From contig JBLDXI010000009.1 in assembly GCA_047495785.1 (NCBI GenBank), forward strand, positions 2,542,001-2,606,000: 64,000 bases of DNA, written 5' to 3'. Under the pieces are notes generated by a model that did not search any database, had not been told where the DNA came from, and saw nothing but the letters and a program-made list of their open reading frames with translations. Both the position numbers and the translations under genes were made by a program. Positions 14,401 through 27,081 of this stretch are shown here, in pieces; the stretch's first letter is position 1, and each line of letters opens with the position of its first letter. The stretch comes from Lepidodermella squamata (taxonomy: Eukaryota; Animalia; Gastrotricha).

Positions 14401-16601
14401 GATAACTGTGTGGTCACTGTGCCTCCCGGTTCGAGCCGTACATTCGGGTGACGACGACGATCTCAATCTTGATGTTGGGGTTAAATTGTAGACAGATTAC
14501 CAGTTCGCGGATCGCGGATCGATGTCGAAGGACGTGGACCGCAGTGCAGTTAACCCTAGCCGAGTTGCGACAAGGTAAATGAAGCATGTAGCTTGTAGGT
14601 TTCCACATTTCAGCATCGCCCTAGAGCGTAGATTTCGCATTCAGGTCGCCCAAAAAAACACATGGGGTGCGAGTTCGGCATTCGCCTGGCCTATTGTTAC
14701 TTGCTACCAGAAAAGCACGAATCCGGTGGTACAAATTCATCGTCGTGCCAAGTTTCTAGAAGACCGACTTGGAGAAGTTGATTAGAAGAGAGATAACGTC
14801 CGGGAAAGATTCAGGCCTAAATTTGAATATGTTCCATGCTACAAAATTCAATTTTAAGAAAATATAGGAAAAGACGGTAGATCGACAGACATTATAAGAC
14901 ACATTAGAATTTGCATGATTAACATTAAACATATTTTCGCAATTTATCTTAGGCAGAGGAAATTTCGTTAGAAATCCCAGTTACCCCCCGACCCGTCTTG
15001 AAACTGCATCGAAATTTCCCATGAAACTTTCGTTTCAGCCAGCCGAAGGCCGGCGCGAAGGACAATCCTTCGAGTTTGCGGTGTGCTCGCCACCACAATT
15101 GCAGCAACGAACACCTCGCAAGCAAGTCTTCACGCCGTGTTTGCGACCACATCGTAAGCATCGCGTCTCATCAGAGCAGTTTCGAGCCAGGTGGCCATAT
15201 CGCTGGCAGTTAAAACGATGAACAACATCAGATTGCTTGACAATAAACCATCGGAATCTTAACTTGAACGGCTTGCAAATCAAGCCGTTTTTCACGCAAT
15301 TTTCAGCAAGATCGTAGTCATTGAGCTCGAACATAGCTTGTTTGCCGCGCAGTTTGACCATAGTCATCTTGTCACCAAAGACCAAAGGCAGCTATGATCG
15401 CAGTCGTTGATATAGCGTCGGTGTCGAAGTTGGTCAATACAATTCTGTATTTTGGCTTAGCAATTTGAATGATCTTCGCACCAGGAATCTTTTCCAGACA
15501 TCGGATCTGAGCCGCCTGCTCGCTCGAATCGAGACGAATAGACAGCCCATTTGCTACTGGTTTACAGCTCTTGAAGCTGGCGTATAGACCAGAGTTGTTT
15601 CCGGTCGCAGTTCGGATTCGTTTGAATTCATTCGCCCTCTCGAATTCGCATATGAGAAACCGCAAGTCCTAATCGAACGCTGGAGGGCAATATCTGGTGG
15701 CGATTCGAAGAGTGGCTGAACAAGGATTTAGGGGCGACATCAAGAGACGCAACCATTCACTGCGCTTGTGACCCACCATTACCAATTAGTTCGCTTAGGC
15801 AGGTGAGCTAACGAGTCTTCGAAGTCTTAACGCCAGGCGACCTGGTTAGCGCGATCACCTGCTACAGCGTCGGACGAGGTTTGCTGTTGAAGTAGAATAT
15901 TCTTGAGCATGGAATAAATATGCCGGAAAAAGCGGCACTGAGCTGAACTCTGGCAACGCAGTTTTTTTAGCTGCGACTCGGCGTAACTTGTGGCGACTTG
16001 ATACATCCTTGACGACTGCTGGCAATACGTCAAGTTTGTCGAGCGTTGCAGCATAGTGTGAGTACGACGGGATTCCACTTCAGTCGAATTGGCAGCCTTG
16101 ATAGCAGTACAACCGCGCCATGTGCTGAAATGCTTCGGAGACCCACCGTCGAGACAGTTACAGCATTGAGCTCTGTCAACGGAATAGCACAGACGATCAC
16201 CAACAACCTATGATAATTAATATTCAATCGCAGGTGTCATTTATTTATCCCGGCAGTGAAAAAAATGTTGAAGGCCTGATTTGTCTGAATTTGTATTGCA
16301 ACTTCTGTGCGCATTTGGATTTTGGAGCCTTTCCAAACCTATATATTGCATTTCGTAGCAATTCAGCGATATTTACAAAGTAGATCATAGGTCACACTTA
16401 CGCATTCTTGATTGGCATCTTTCTTAATTTGGCAATCTAGCTCATAGAGAATCCGCTTCACCTCCTCGCTATCGCCAGCAAGTACCTACAAATTGCAAAT
16501 AAACCAGTTGCCAAAGGCAAATCAACGCGATTCCTTGTTCTCACCCGTTGGACGTGGGCAACTGAAATGATCGCCAGCGCAATATAGCCGATCAGTTGCA
16601 T
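8491..16601 (-). CDS. Astacin-like secreted protein (signal peptide, prodomain, degenerate astacin domain, EGF, CUB, kringle-like). Multi-exon; probably non-catalytic, possibly a pseudogene
   Basis: Exons: MQLIGYIALAIISVAHVQR (16601-16545); VSFEGYIIG...KTWQLPMSIYF (from 13872); FWKQHTCFDF (~13590); PLEHTRSDRLQYIDI (~11540); YGVPFDYASVTMS...FNMLYDC (~11426-11233); EGF [27 protein letters not shown] and CUB IQSPNYPNPY (~11183-10950); CFDYVEF..RFC..GFRL and kringle GYDYEGKASTTANGTNCLPW..NYLRNPD (~9374-8887). Central exons and the 3' end are uncertain. Confidence 0.7.
11941..12154. mobile_element. MITE-like element with ~29-bp terminal inverted repeats
   Basis: TATCGTTAGCGACGCGCCAAAACAACCAC ... 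GTGGTTGTTTTGGCGTGTCGCTAACGATA (1 mismatch), with TA ends. Confidence 0.7.
12690..12830 (+). repeat. Dispersed ~140-bp repeat; inverted copy at 18462-18594
   Basis: GCTCATATCAACCTATGGGCTTGAT...TGACGTTTCGGGGTTAATAATTGCCTCC...CCCCTCGAATA is found reverse-complemented at ~18462-18594. Confidence 0.8.
14150..16200 (-). mobile_element. Decayed non-LTR retrotransposon (I/Jockey-like LINE) within an astacin intron
   Basis: ORF1 with three zinc knuckles (FNCQRYGHLARNC, CLRCGRKHGVKTC, CCNCGGEHTANSKDC), frameshifted near 15380. APE endonuclease remnants (LNFVAWNI, VGLLETWH, ~14850-14745). RT C-terminal LGILFDEKLTWKPHIEY (~14385-14335). Boundaries approximate. Confidence 0.85.
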
Positions 16602-17384
16602 AATATGAATAGATGATAATACTGAAAATTAAAATAAGTGATTCAAGGAAGCAAGGCATCGACTTATTACCGAGTATAAAATGGCAGGTAAAGTTTTAGG
16701 GGAATTATTTTTTAAATTTCGATTTCCGGTAGAATTTGGGTGACTAACCAAAAGAATCCATGCGATCAAAATCGAAATCGAATGTGATTTTCGAACCACT
16801 CTGTTTACAGGCTATTCAACGGTAGCCCACTCATGGGGTCTTTACGTTATCGGCCTCCAAATTTGAGTGGTGCAAAGTCGCCCCATTAGCATCTAACATG
16901 TGTTTCGGTGGCTTTGACCACCGTTACTAGTCCACTACAATTCATGCTTGTACCTGATAGTTACTTTGACTGACTATCTTATTCTACATGTCACTGGCTT
17001 CCCGGCGATATCCATAATGAGGGGGTTTGCATATCAATTAGCCAAGATTTTATTGATTGAAAGTCGATCGCAAAAACCTATGCCACCTCACTAACCAAAG
17101 TCACTCCAAATTATGGTTTATTGTCCTCGTAGTAGCGTTTAGCGTTCCTTGAAATCGGCCTGCGCAAGTTCCTTGGGACTCGAAGCAGTATAGACTCGAA
17201 ACTAGCGGAAAAATAATCAGATCGAGGCGAAAAATGCGATTTTTGTAGGTGAGGGAAAAAATATGGGGGTTTAGCAATAATAACAAGGCCTTGGCTGCAT
17301 TCATTTTTTCGGGTAGGCCCGACAATTAGCGGCTAAACTGCTTCTCAGGTATGACCATGGGACTTTGATTTTTAGATTCCTCAG

Positions 17385-17635
17385 CTCACGACGAATCGTT
17401 TCATATAAAAATTAATTGCTTAATTTTAGATCGGAGTCGCAAACATTCTCATTTAACATTCTCAAAAAAGGCAGTAAAAAATGGCAGCAATGGTATGACT
17501 CATCATCCTTTTGCAATTTCTTTGCAAGTGAAGCTGATGACTACAAAAACCTAGATAAAACTGCAAACGCATCAAATAAAAAAACGCAGGAGAACAAAAT
17601 ACGTTAAATTTTTATATAAAACGATTCGTCGTGAG
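17385..17635. mobile_element. MITE-like element with ~30-bp inverted termini
   Basis: CTCACGACGAATCGTTTCATATAAAAATTAA ... TTAAATTTTTATATAAAACGATTCGTCGTGAG. Confidence 0.65.
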
Positions 17636-18461
17636 GCCCGAGCGCTGACCTCCTCAACATTTGTAATTTGTTTTTTGATGCAATCATCCCAACTTAATTT
17701 TGGTCGCCCTCGAGATTTAATGAATAGCTAGCTATTACCGGTCGGTAGCAATATAGCTATAACCCGGTGCAATAAACCGGTGCTATTCAATAGCATTGTT
17801 GCGAAAGGTGAACCTATACCGTCAATTGGAGCAAATGAAACTTTAGCGCTAATTGGTCTTAAAAAATAGAAAACATACGCTCTCTATGGTCTAAAATTGA
17901 TGTCTTAAAGCGCATCATAACCAACTAAAACGGCTGATCAACGACTCGAAAGACGGCGAGGTCAATTTATCAGGAAACACAAGGCCTATTCGAATTCAGT
18001 TTCCTATGAAATTGGAATCAACCCTACGTAAAATGCGAAAAAACAGGAGTTATTGTTTAATAATTAATTTAATAATGTTTATAATTTAAAGGGGAAAAGG
18101 GAAAATAGGTAATACAGAATTGAAAAAATGCGAAAATACATTTGATAATACGTTTTCCGAATCACTGAAACACTGAGAGAAAAACAGGTTATCGACACGC
18201 GAGTGAGTTAAGATGAGGCTTTGCCACGTGTATGAAAATTCAGCCACTGTATCTAACGCGTGCTCTTTTTAAACGCAACAGCCATATATTATTGATGCCG
18301 GGGCGAAGTTTGGAGGATGTTGTTATGCTGTTGAATGTTGTTTTCTCATTTACCTTCTGTTTTAGGTGCAAACGTTAAGGAGTTCGCACAAACTCGAACG
18401 CTTTTTAGCTATGTATTTCTTTATAGCAATATTTCTTAGCAATAGAGTAATAATAAAATTA

Positions 18462-18594
18462 AAAACTCGGGCAACTATTCGAGGGGTCTATTATTCAACG
18501 GAGGCAATTATTAACCCCGAAACGTCACAGCATCATCACTTTAATCAAGCCCATAGGTTGATATGAGCATCAAAAAGCTTGCCAGGTTTGCTAC
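18462..18594 (-). repeat. Inverted copy of the repeat at 12690-12830
   Basis: Direct reverse-complement match, read by eye. Confidence 0.8.
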
Positions 18595-19372
18595 TGCTAA
18601 AAAGTGTTCGAAGTCAAAAGTGTACAAAATTACCCCGTCCGCAATAAGACCAGCTTACGGTATGCAATACGACGATTCTTGTATCCTTGTACATATCTTT
18701 TTCACGAGCTATTACTTGGAATAAAAAACGAATTGCAGCGGCTGGAATCGAACCCTCGTCTATCGAGGAGTAGCAGCAGCCAATTAACAATTTATTTGTA
18801 GAGACAGGCAAGTGCGTGAAAATAGAAATCAGTCATTTTCTGGGGCGTTGCGGCAACTTAGTGAGTCAGGGTGGTCTGTGACAATAATGAAAAATGTGTT
18901 AGAAGGCGAATGTGACCTTATAAGTAAGTTTGTGAAGCCTCAATCCTTGTTTCATCAGGAGTCCACATAATTTCGATTTTCAATTGGCTATAGCTCAAGA
19001 ATTTTCCCACTTTTTTATTTTTTAATGAAAAAAATCGCAGTTATAGGTAATATAATTGAAAGCTAGCGTTGCTAGATAAGCCGTTTTACGTCAGCTGTGT
19101 AATGTGACAGGTGACATGTGGTAAGGAGCATTTATTTGACTATTTCTAAAAAAACGTGTAAAAGCTATTTAAATTGTTACTCGCCACCTTAAAACTGACG
19201 CAAATCAGCTTTAGGCTTTAATTTGAATTTTTTAATGACGCGAAGAGTACATCAGAGCAGAGCAGAGGGGAACGCCAGATCATGAAACATTGACAATTGA
19301 CCGATATAATTGTTCATTAGTTCATTGCTTTAATTAAGGTAAGATTAGTTTTCGATAACCATGATAGCGGAG

Positions 19373-21125
19373 TTAGTCTCTGGGGACAAGCTTGATATGG
19401 ACGCCTCCAATGGGTCGAAGCGGGCCGTTTTTCGAGCCCACCTTCAGCTCACCTCCCGGGTAGCCGCCATCCGGCAATTCGATCCGGAATCTCAGAAGCA
19501 TGTTGACAACAGTTTGTTTCAACTCCAGTAAAGCCAATCTCCGACCAAGGCAGATCCTGGGGCCGAAGCCGAAGCCAACGAAAGCAGCGTTAGGCCTTGA
19601 CTCTGCTTGCTCGCCCAGAAATCGCTCCGGATAGAAGCGATTAGTATCAACTGGGCCCCATAGAGCTTCGTTATGATGAACAGACCAAGTGTCGAATTGA
19701 ATCATTTTGATAGATTTGGGCACGTTGATGCCGCAAACCGACGTGTCAGACATAACGTATCGATTAAACACGTTGAAACCAGCGGGGTAGAGTCGAATCG
19801 TTTCGTTGCAAACTGCGTCAAGGTACGGCATCTGTTGAGTAATGACGTCATAGTCAATTTTCGGGGAAGTATCACGACTTCCAGCTGAACTTGGAAATTT
19901 TTCCAGAATTTCCTGATACAATTTCTCCTGGACATCTTGATTCTTGGCCAATAGATAAGATAAGAAGCTCAGAGTTGTGCTCGTCGTTTCGTAGCCAGCA
20001 ATGAATAGAATTATGCACTGGGCTAGAATTTCGATTTCAGTCATGGTTTTCCATTTGGAAGCTCCAGGTTCATTCCCCTCGGGCTTCGCATCGATCATCA
20101 TTTGAAGAATGTCGTTTCGCTTCAGGTTTGACTCGCGTCGTTGCGCGATAATTTGCTTGATAGCTTTCGAGACGTAGCCAATAGGTCCGAATATCCCTGC
20201 CAGGAATTCGACTTGAAAATAGAAAATCTTCTGCATTACAGGCACTAGCTCGGACATGAAAAATGCAACAAATACAACAGGCGGTGGGTTGGTTGCGATT
20301 TCAAGAAATTCACGAAGTTTCTGCAAAATGAGATTGTCCCGGCCACGATTTTTCACTGATTTGAACTCGAGCCCAAACGCTGTTTCAGCAATCACCTCAA
20401 GAGTCAGACATTGAAAGCTCTCCCGAATTTCAAAGTCCTTCCCAGATCTAAAAGACTTGGATTTATACATTCAACGCAGTTTAGGAACGAACTTGGCCTT
20501 CTCATCGAAAAGTTCCATCAAATCAGCCTGGCTTTGCTGCAGTAGAGGCATGTAAGACTTCAACTTGGCCGACGAGAAGGCAGGGTTCAAGATGGTACGA
20601 AGTCTTTTCCAGGGCTCTCCACGTTGTATTACAAGGGCGTGAGCGAAGAAAAATTTGTCGTGTTCATTTGGCTCAGGCTGAATGGGTATGACCTATATTA
20701 CATTACCTTTGAATTGAAATTTCAAGTAAATAAATTTTTCAAACCATGTGGCCTTGAAAATCAGGCGCCTGCTTGACGCATATCTGCTCGACGGCTTCCA
20801 GACTGCTCGTGACCAAAATTGGCGTGGCGCCAAAATAAATTCCGTAAAATTCGCCGTATTTCTTCGACCATTCAGCAGTCACCAAATGGCGATCATTGTG
20901 AAATAATTGATGGGCATTGCCGAATAGCCAATGCGGCTCAGGCCCAGGGATGCCTAGCTTCTTGAAAACTCGGTGACAACAAAACTTTCGGTACAAATAA
21001 AAAGCTCCGACGAATCCGGCAACGCCAGCCACAACGAGTTGAAATACACTAGGCCGGTAATCTAGGTTATGCATCGACGATCGAAGCTGATTCAGGTATA
21101 GGTTCATCTGATCTGATAAACTCAT
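19373..21125 (-). CDS. Cytochrome P450, clan 3, paralogue 3. Exons 21125-20745, 20692-20493, 20447-19373
   Basis: AGYETT, ETIR, PERF, FGFGPRICLG; conserved intron positions. Confidence 0.95.
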
Positions 21126-21696
21126 AACTCCAATACATACGCCAAGCGGTAAAATTGAGAGATTTTTAAAGTGGGAATTAAAATATATGAAAAACTCGCC
21201 TTGTTTAATGGCACGTGTTACGACATAATGCTCAAATAGGCCATTTTACTGGTTCATTTCCACGTGAGACAAGTTCTGACCGACATGGGAGACACGTTAT
21301 CAAAGAGAATTTCACTCACATGCTTTTAAACCCCATTTTTTGTTTCAAGAGTTGAATGCAATACTATAAGTGTATGCTTTACGAGATCAACCAATGAAAA
21401 CATCAACCAATGAGGGCAATGAAAACCTGGATAAACGTGCAGCTTAATACCAGCAGGCTTCGATTGTTGATGTTTTCATGCTTTGTGAATTTTTCGATCC
21501 TTACTGAAATTCCATGCTGTATAATGTTGGTATAAGTCTGAAAGACCCAAAATAAAATTCCAGCGGAAACCCGCCAGCGAATTCGAAGGCTTATTTCGAC
21601 CGAAACAAATTCATCGCGATTTTATACACGCAAAAAATGATTTCACAATATTTGATTTATTCAATTATTATAATTTATAGTCTTTCGAGTGTTCTT

Positions 21697-22198
21697 TTAG
21701 TTGGAGACGCTGACCGACTTGCTGAAGGAGTACGAGCCCTTGTTGGCCTTGCGACCGCCGAACTTGCCGCCCTTGCGGCCGTAGCCGAAGTTCTTGCCGT
21801 GCTTGCCGAACTTGCGGCCGCCGAAGCGCTTGTTCTTGCCCCAGCGGTTGCCGGAGAACGAGACCGACTTGGAGTAAGAAACAGACTTGGAGACCGACTT
21901 GGAGTAGGACCCGCGGCGCTTGTTCATCTTGCGGCCGCCGAACTTCTTGCCGCCGTGGAACTTCTTCGGGGCGAACTTCTTGCTGAAGCCGCGATTGTTC
22001 TCGTAGGATCGGCTCACCGTGGCTCTGACCTTCTTCTCGTAGTTGCGGTGCATTTCGTTCGATTCGACATTCCAGACCTTCGCCTCAGAGTAGGCTGAAA
22101 CAATTTGGAGAATGTTTAGGTTATCGTCAAAATTGAGCTTAAAATATCTTACCAAGTCCAAGCAAGACGACAACAGCAACAGCGAGGAAAGCACGCAT
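21697..22198 (-). CDS. Secreted cationic Lys/Gly/Ser/Phe-rich protein, copy A (147 aa). Exons 22198-22153, 22094-21697
   Basis: ATG CGT GCT TTC gives signal peptide MRAFLAVAVVVLLGL; phase-1 GT..TTTCAG intron; then AYSEAKVWNVES...KFGGRK...SKSVSVSN. Upstream TATAAAA, downstream AATAAA, strong codon bias. Confidence 0.9.
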
Positions 22199-23244
22199 TG
22201 TTATTGAAGGAGAATCGGTTGAAGAAAAATTATTAATTTGAAGCGAGAGATTGCTGATGTTTTTGAGCTTAATCGCCGCTGCTTTTATACCATAGTCCTC
22301 GGCTTTAATTGGAATAATTCAGAAGCAGTTCGTGCTCATTATTTCGATGTTATGCCGCATGTCGCTGTCGCATATGAAAAATGATTAGCGAACATCCTCG
22401 GTTGATAATGACAAATCGAAATTTCGCATCGACTTAGAAATGAAATTTGAATCTTTGCGAACGCACTTTCACAAATTTCGATTTAATTTGGTTCGAGAAC
22501 TTCAAGCTGTTTGAGAAATAAAGGTGGTTCGGTGAAATTTGTCTGACGTTGCCTCGCTCTGTAACCAAATTGGCAGATTAAAGTGCGACTAACAACAGAG
22601 TCTTTTGCAACGGAGTTTAAAGGACCTGATCCTGTGAATTTGAACATCCGAATTAATTCGAATTTTTCGAATTTCGGATTTAAAGGGTCAGTAGCAAATC
22701 TGTGAACTCGCAAGGTAGTATTTTAATATTAGGAACGAGCGTTCGAAAAGTATAGGCATCTACTAATTCAAGTAGTGTAGCCCAGGATTGAGGGGTCACG
22801 TTGGTTCGAAAACATGAAAAATTAATAATTCACCGAAAATTAATTTTCGAATTTTTCAAAATTTCGAGGTTGAAACTTTAGTAGTCCGGGCTGCTATAGG
22901 AGCAAATACGGTATGTTAAAGTCTCGATACGCAAAATTCACTCATTTACCGAATGTTTTATATCGAGTCAGTCCGAAAAAAGGTCTAAAAAGCGTATTTA
23001 ATTTAGTTTATTTTAATTTATCTAGTGTATTTAATCGCTGTATTCGGGGACTTCACCTTGAATTTTGTGACTTGTGTACTACAAATCTGGATATCAATCG
23101 AGTTGGAGCCAACTTGAAGAAGAGGAAATTACCGATAATACATTACCATGAAAACGAAATCCGAGTCAATTGATTTATTTGAGTTTAATCGGTTCAGAAA
23201 ATTAAGTTAGTCTATCACGTTACTTCAGATTACAAAGCAAGACG

Positions 23245-25291
23245 CTAGTCTCTCGGTAAAAGCTTTACATGGACGCCGCCAATAGGTCGCAGCGGACCAT
23301 TTTTCGAGCCCACCTTCAGCTCACCGCCCGGGTAGCCGCCGTCAGGGACATCGATCCGGAATCTGAGTAGAATGTTAACAATTGTCTGTTTCAACTCGAG
23401 CAGAGCCAGTCGCCGACCAAGGCAAATTCGAGGGCCGTAGCCAAAGCCAAGGAAAGCAGCATTGTGCCTCGAGTCAGCTCGCTCATCCAAGAATCGCTCC
23501 GGGTAAAAGCGATTAGTATCAACCGGGCCCCAGAGCGCTTCGTTATGATGAATAGACCATGTGTCGAATTGTACTAATTGGATGGACTTGGGCACATTGA
23601 TACCGCAAACTGTCGTGTCGGACATTACAAATCGGTTGAAAACGTTGAAACCAACCGGGTAGAGTCTGATCGTTTCATTGCAAACCGCGTCCAAATAAGG
23701 CATTTGGTTGACAATCACATCATAGTCAATTTTCGGGAATTCACCATCAGCTGATTTTTGAAATCTTTTCGAAATTTCTTGATACAACTTCTCCTGAACG
23801 TCTTGATGCTTTGCCAAGACGTAGGATAGGAAGCTGAGCGTTGTACTTGTGGTTTCGTATCCAGCGACGAAAAGAAGGATGCACTGGGAGAGGATTTCAA
23901 TTTCGGACATGGTTTTCCACTTATTCGTAGGCGCTGCTTCAATGTCGTCAGGTTTCGCGTCAATCATCATTTGGAGGATGTCATTTCGGTTTGACCTGGA
24001 CTCGCGACGTTCAGAAATGATTTGCGTGACTGCTTTGGCGACGTAGCCAACTGGGCCGAATATCCCCGCGAAAAAGTTCAATTGAAATAAGAACATTCGC
24101 CGCATTAGAGGAACAAGCTCGGACATGAAAAATGCGACGAAAACGACAGGAGGTGGGTCAGTGGCCGTTTCGACAAATTGGCGAAGCTTTTCCAAGATAA
24201 GATTGCCCTTTCCTCGATTTTTGACAGCTTGGAACTCTAATCCGAAAGCTGTTTCAGCAATTACTTCCAGGGTCAAGTATTGAAAGCATTCGCGAATTTC
24301 AAACTCTTTTCCAGTTCTGAAATTTATTAAGAACAAAACTCCTTAAAATCATGATACAAAAAAATAATCAGCCCAGCTTTGCCAATTAAATAATTGTAAT
24401 TTCACATTAACGAAAATTAGGTAAAATAATTATTTTTTGAATTACGGAGGTTGAAAAATCACTCAAATTTTACTTGGAGTTATTCAGGCCCTATCCCGAA
24501 CTAATTTAGAGAAAATTGCCGATTAGGCCTAGTTCAAGAGAAAACCAAAAAATATTTTCGGCAAAAATGAGAGTTTACTTATTACGAGGAAAATAGCAAC
24601 AATGCTCTGAAAGTCGCGTTTAAGATTCTTACTTTGACTTCTCATCGAGAAGCTGCATCAGATCAGTCTGGCTCTGCTGGAGAAGAGGCATGAAAGATTT
24701 CAGTTTCCCAGACGAAAACGCCGGGTTCAGAATAGTCCGGATGCGTTTCCAGGCTTCTCCTCGTTGGATGAGAAGAGCATGAGCCATAAAAAATGTCTCG
24801 CGGTCGCCTGGCTCAGGCTGAATAGGAATTAACTGCGATTTTAAATAAATAGAATATTTTTTTCAACGTTCCACGAAAGTACACATTTTTCATACCATGT
24901 GCCCTTGAAATTCAGAATATTGCTTGACGCATATCTGCTCAATGGCTTCTAGGCTGCTCGTGATCAAAATTGGTGTGGCGCCAAGATAAATTCCGTAAAA
25001 TTCGCCGTATTTCTTCGACCACTCAGCAGTTACCAAATGGCGATCATTTTGAAATAACTGGTGAGCATTACCAAGCAACCAATGCGGCTCGGGCCCAGGA
25101 ATGCCTAGCTTCTTGAAAACTCGGTGGCACCAAAACTTTCGGTACAAATAAAAAGCTCCGACAAAGCCGGCAACGCCAGCAGCTGCCAATTGAGCTCGAG
25201 CGCTGGGTCGAAAATCGATTTCGGGCACTGATGACCGAAGTTGAACAAGGTTCAGCTTCATTTGATGGAAGGTGGATGTTAATAAATTCAT
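23245..25291 (-). CDS. Cytochrome P450, clan 3, paralogue 4. Exons 25291-24896, 24832-24633, 24316-23245 (an upstream in-frame ATG exists at 25462)
   Basis: AGYETT, ETIR, PERF, FGYGPRICLG; conserved intron positions. Confidence 0.93.
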
Positions 25292-26178
25292 GGCTTTGTC
25301 ACCTACCGATAAAATTGGAAGCTTTTCAAGTAAAAATTCAAATAGAATAAAAAACTCGGGTTGTTGCTGTTTGCTGTATTGCTGTGACAAATTATGACCT
25401 ACATGGAAGACACTGAGGCCTTTTCGTGCGTTGTTATTACTCTCTTCTGGCGCGCGTTCCATTCAAGATGATGCGTAGGCAGACTGCTGTTTGTGTACTC
25501 ATTAGGGGGTTTACACTGGATTTTGCTAAACAACTTCAACACGTGATGTTTAACACCTAATTTTAGCTGTCTTGTGACTTGTTCCTTTCCGCAATGGTGG
25601 GCTTGTAGGAATTGAAAACTAAAAATGTGACGCTTTTTGGCATAGCAACGGTTGCCAAGTTGCTAAAAAATTATTTAAAATGGATATGACAATTTAGCTC
25701 CCTAAATGTAGGGGCGCAGCGTTACATTTATTCAGTATTATGGTTTGTCGAGTACAAACAATATAATATTTTTATTATAATGTCTTATCGAAAGATCTCA
25801 TATACCGCATTTTGCCTTATGATCGGTTTCCGAATCTGAGAGAGCCAATATCGATTGCTGTTATCGATTTTACGATCAGGGATTTTTCACAAATCCGCCG
25901 CAGTTCGGGCAAACAAAATATGCTTGAATTCGTCGCTGAAGTAAAATAATCCCAAGGTCATAGGTATGTTACCATCAAAAAGAAAAAAATTGAATCGAGA
26001 GAATGGAGATGTAAGCTTAATTTTAGTGGTGAATGGTGACAATTACACTTATACCATATACCATATCTCGAACTTCAAAATGACGTCCACCATCAAGAAA
26101 TACTTCGCGCTTTTATTCGAAAAGCTACAATATTTGATGGAATCAATTATTATAATTTATAGGGTTGTGAGTGTTCTT

Positions 26179-26689
26179 TTAGTTGGAAACGCTGACCGAC
26201 TTGCTGAATGAGTACGAGCCCTTGTTGGCCTTGCGACCGCCGAACTTGCCGTGGCCGAACTTGCCGCCCTTGCGGCCGTAGCCGAAGTTCTTGCCGTGCT
26301 TGCCGAACTTGCGACCGCCGAAGCGCTTGTTCTTGCCCCAGCGGTTGCCGGAGAACGAGACCGACTTGGAGTAGGAAACAGACTTGGAGACCGACTTGGA
26401 GTAGGATCCGCGACGCTTGTTCATCTTGCGGCCGCCGAACTTCTTGCCGTGGAACTTCTTCGGGGCGAACTTCTTGCTGAAGCCGCGATTGTTCTCGTAG
26501 GATCGGCTCACCGTGGCTCTGACCTTCTTCTCGTAGTTGCGGTGCATTTCATTCGATTCGACATTCCAGACCTTGGCCTCGGAGTAGGCTGAAACAATTT
26601 GGAGAAGGTTAGGTTATCGCCGAAAGAGCTTAAGATATCTTACCAAGTCCGAGCAAGACGACAACAGCAACAGCGAGGAAAGCACGCAT
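26179..26689 (-). CDS. Secreted cationic Lys/Gly/Ser/Phe-rich protein, copy B (151 aa). Exons 26689-26644, 26588-26179
   Basis: Same structure as copy A; TATAAAA upstream. Confidence 0.9.
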
Positions 26690-27081
26690 TGTTATTGAAG
26701 GAGAATCGGTTGAAGAAAAAATAATTATTGGAAGCGAGAGATTGATGATGAGTTATGGCTTAGCTGTTGCTGCTTTTATACCATGGTTCTCGGTCCTCTA
26801 ATTGCGGTTTTAATTGGACTACTTAATTCAGAAAGAGCTGCCGCTCATTATTTTTTTGTTATGCCGCATCTTCTGGTTTTCGAATTTGACAATAAGTAGC
26901 AGATATCGCAATTTCCCAAACTGAAAAGAATTGAGAAATTGGAATCCTTGCGAGCCCACTCTATTGGGTCGTGGTTCAAAGTTTGCTTTGATTCGAGGAA
27001 TTCGAATCAATTGTTGCTTTTATTAGCCCACGATATGATAATAAAGAACCAGGACAGATTTTGAATCCTAGTATTCTGCCC

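Noticed and set aside
21637-22098. Ala/Leu/Glu-rich antisense ORFs over each cationic gene (also 26251-26592, 31582-31926, 49276-49620)
   Set aside because: By-product of biased codons (AAG, GGC, TTC, CGC) that leave the opposite strand stop-free. Starts are inconsistent between copies, and the TATA, splice and polyA signals are on the other strand.
21697-22194. ORF-track N-terminus MLSSLLLLSSCLDLV... for the cationic proteins
   Set aside because: It starts at GTG and reads through the intron. The ATG 4 nt upstream in another frame plus a conserved phase-1 intron gives a proper signal peptide in all four copies.
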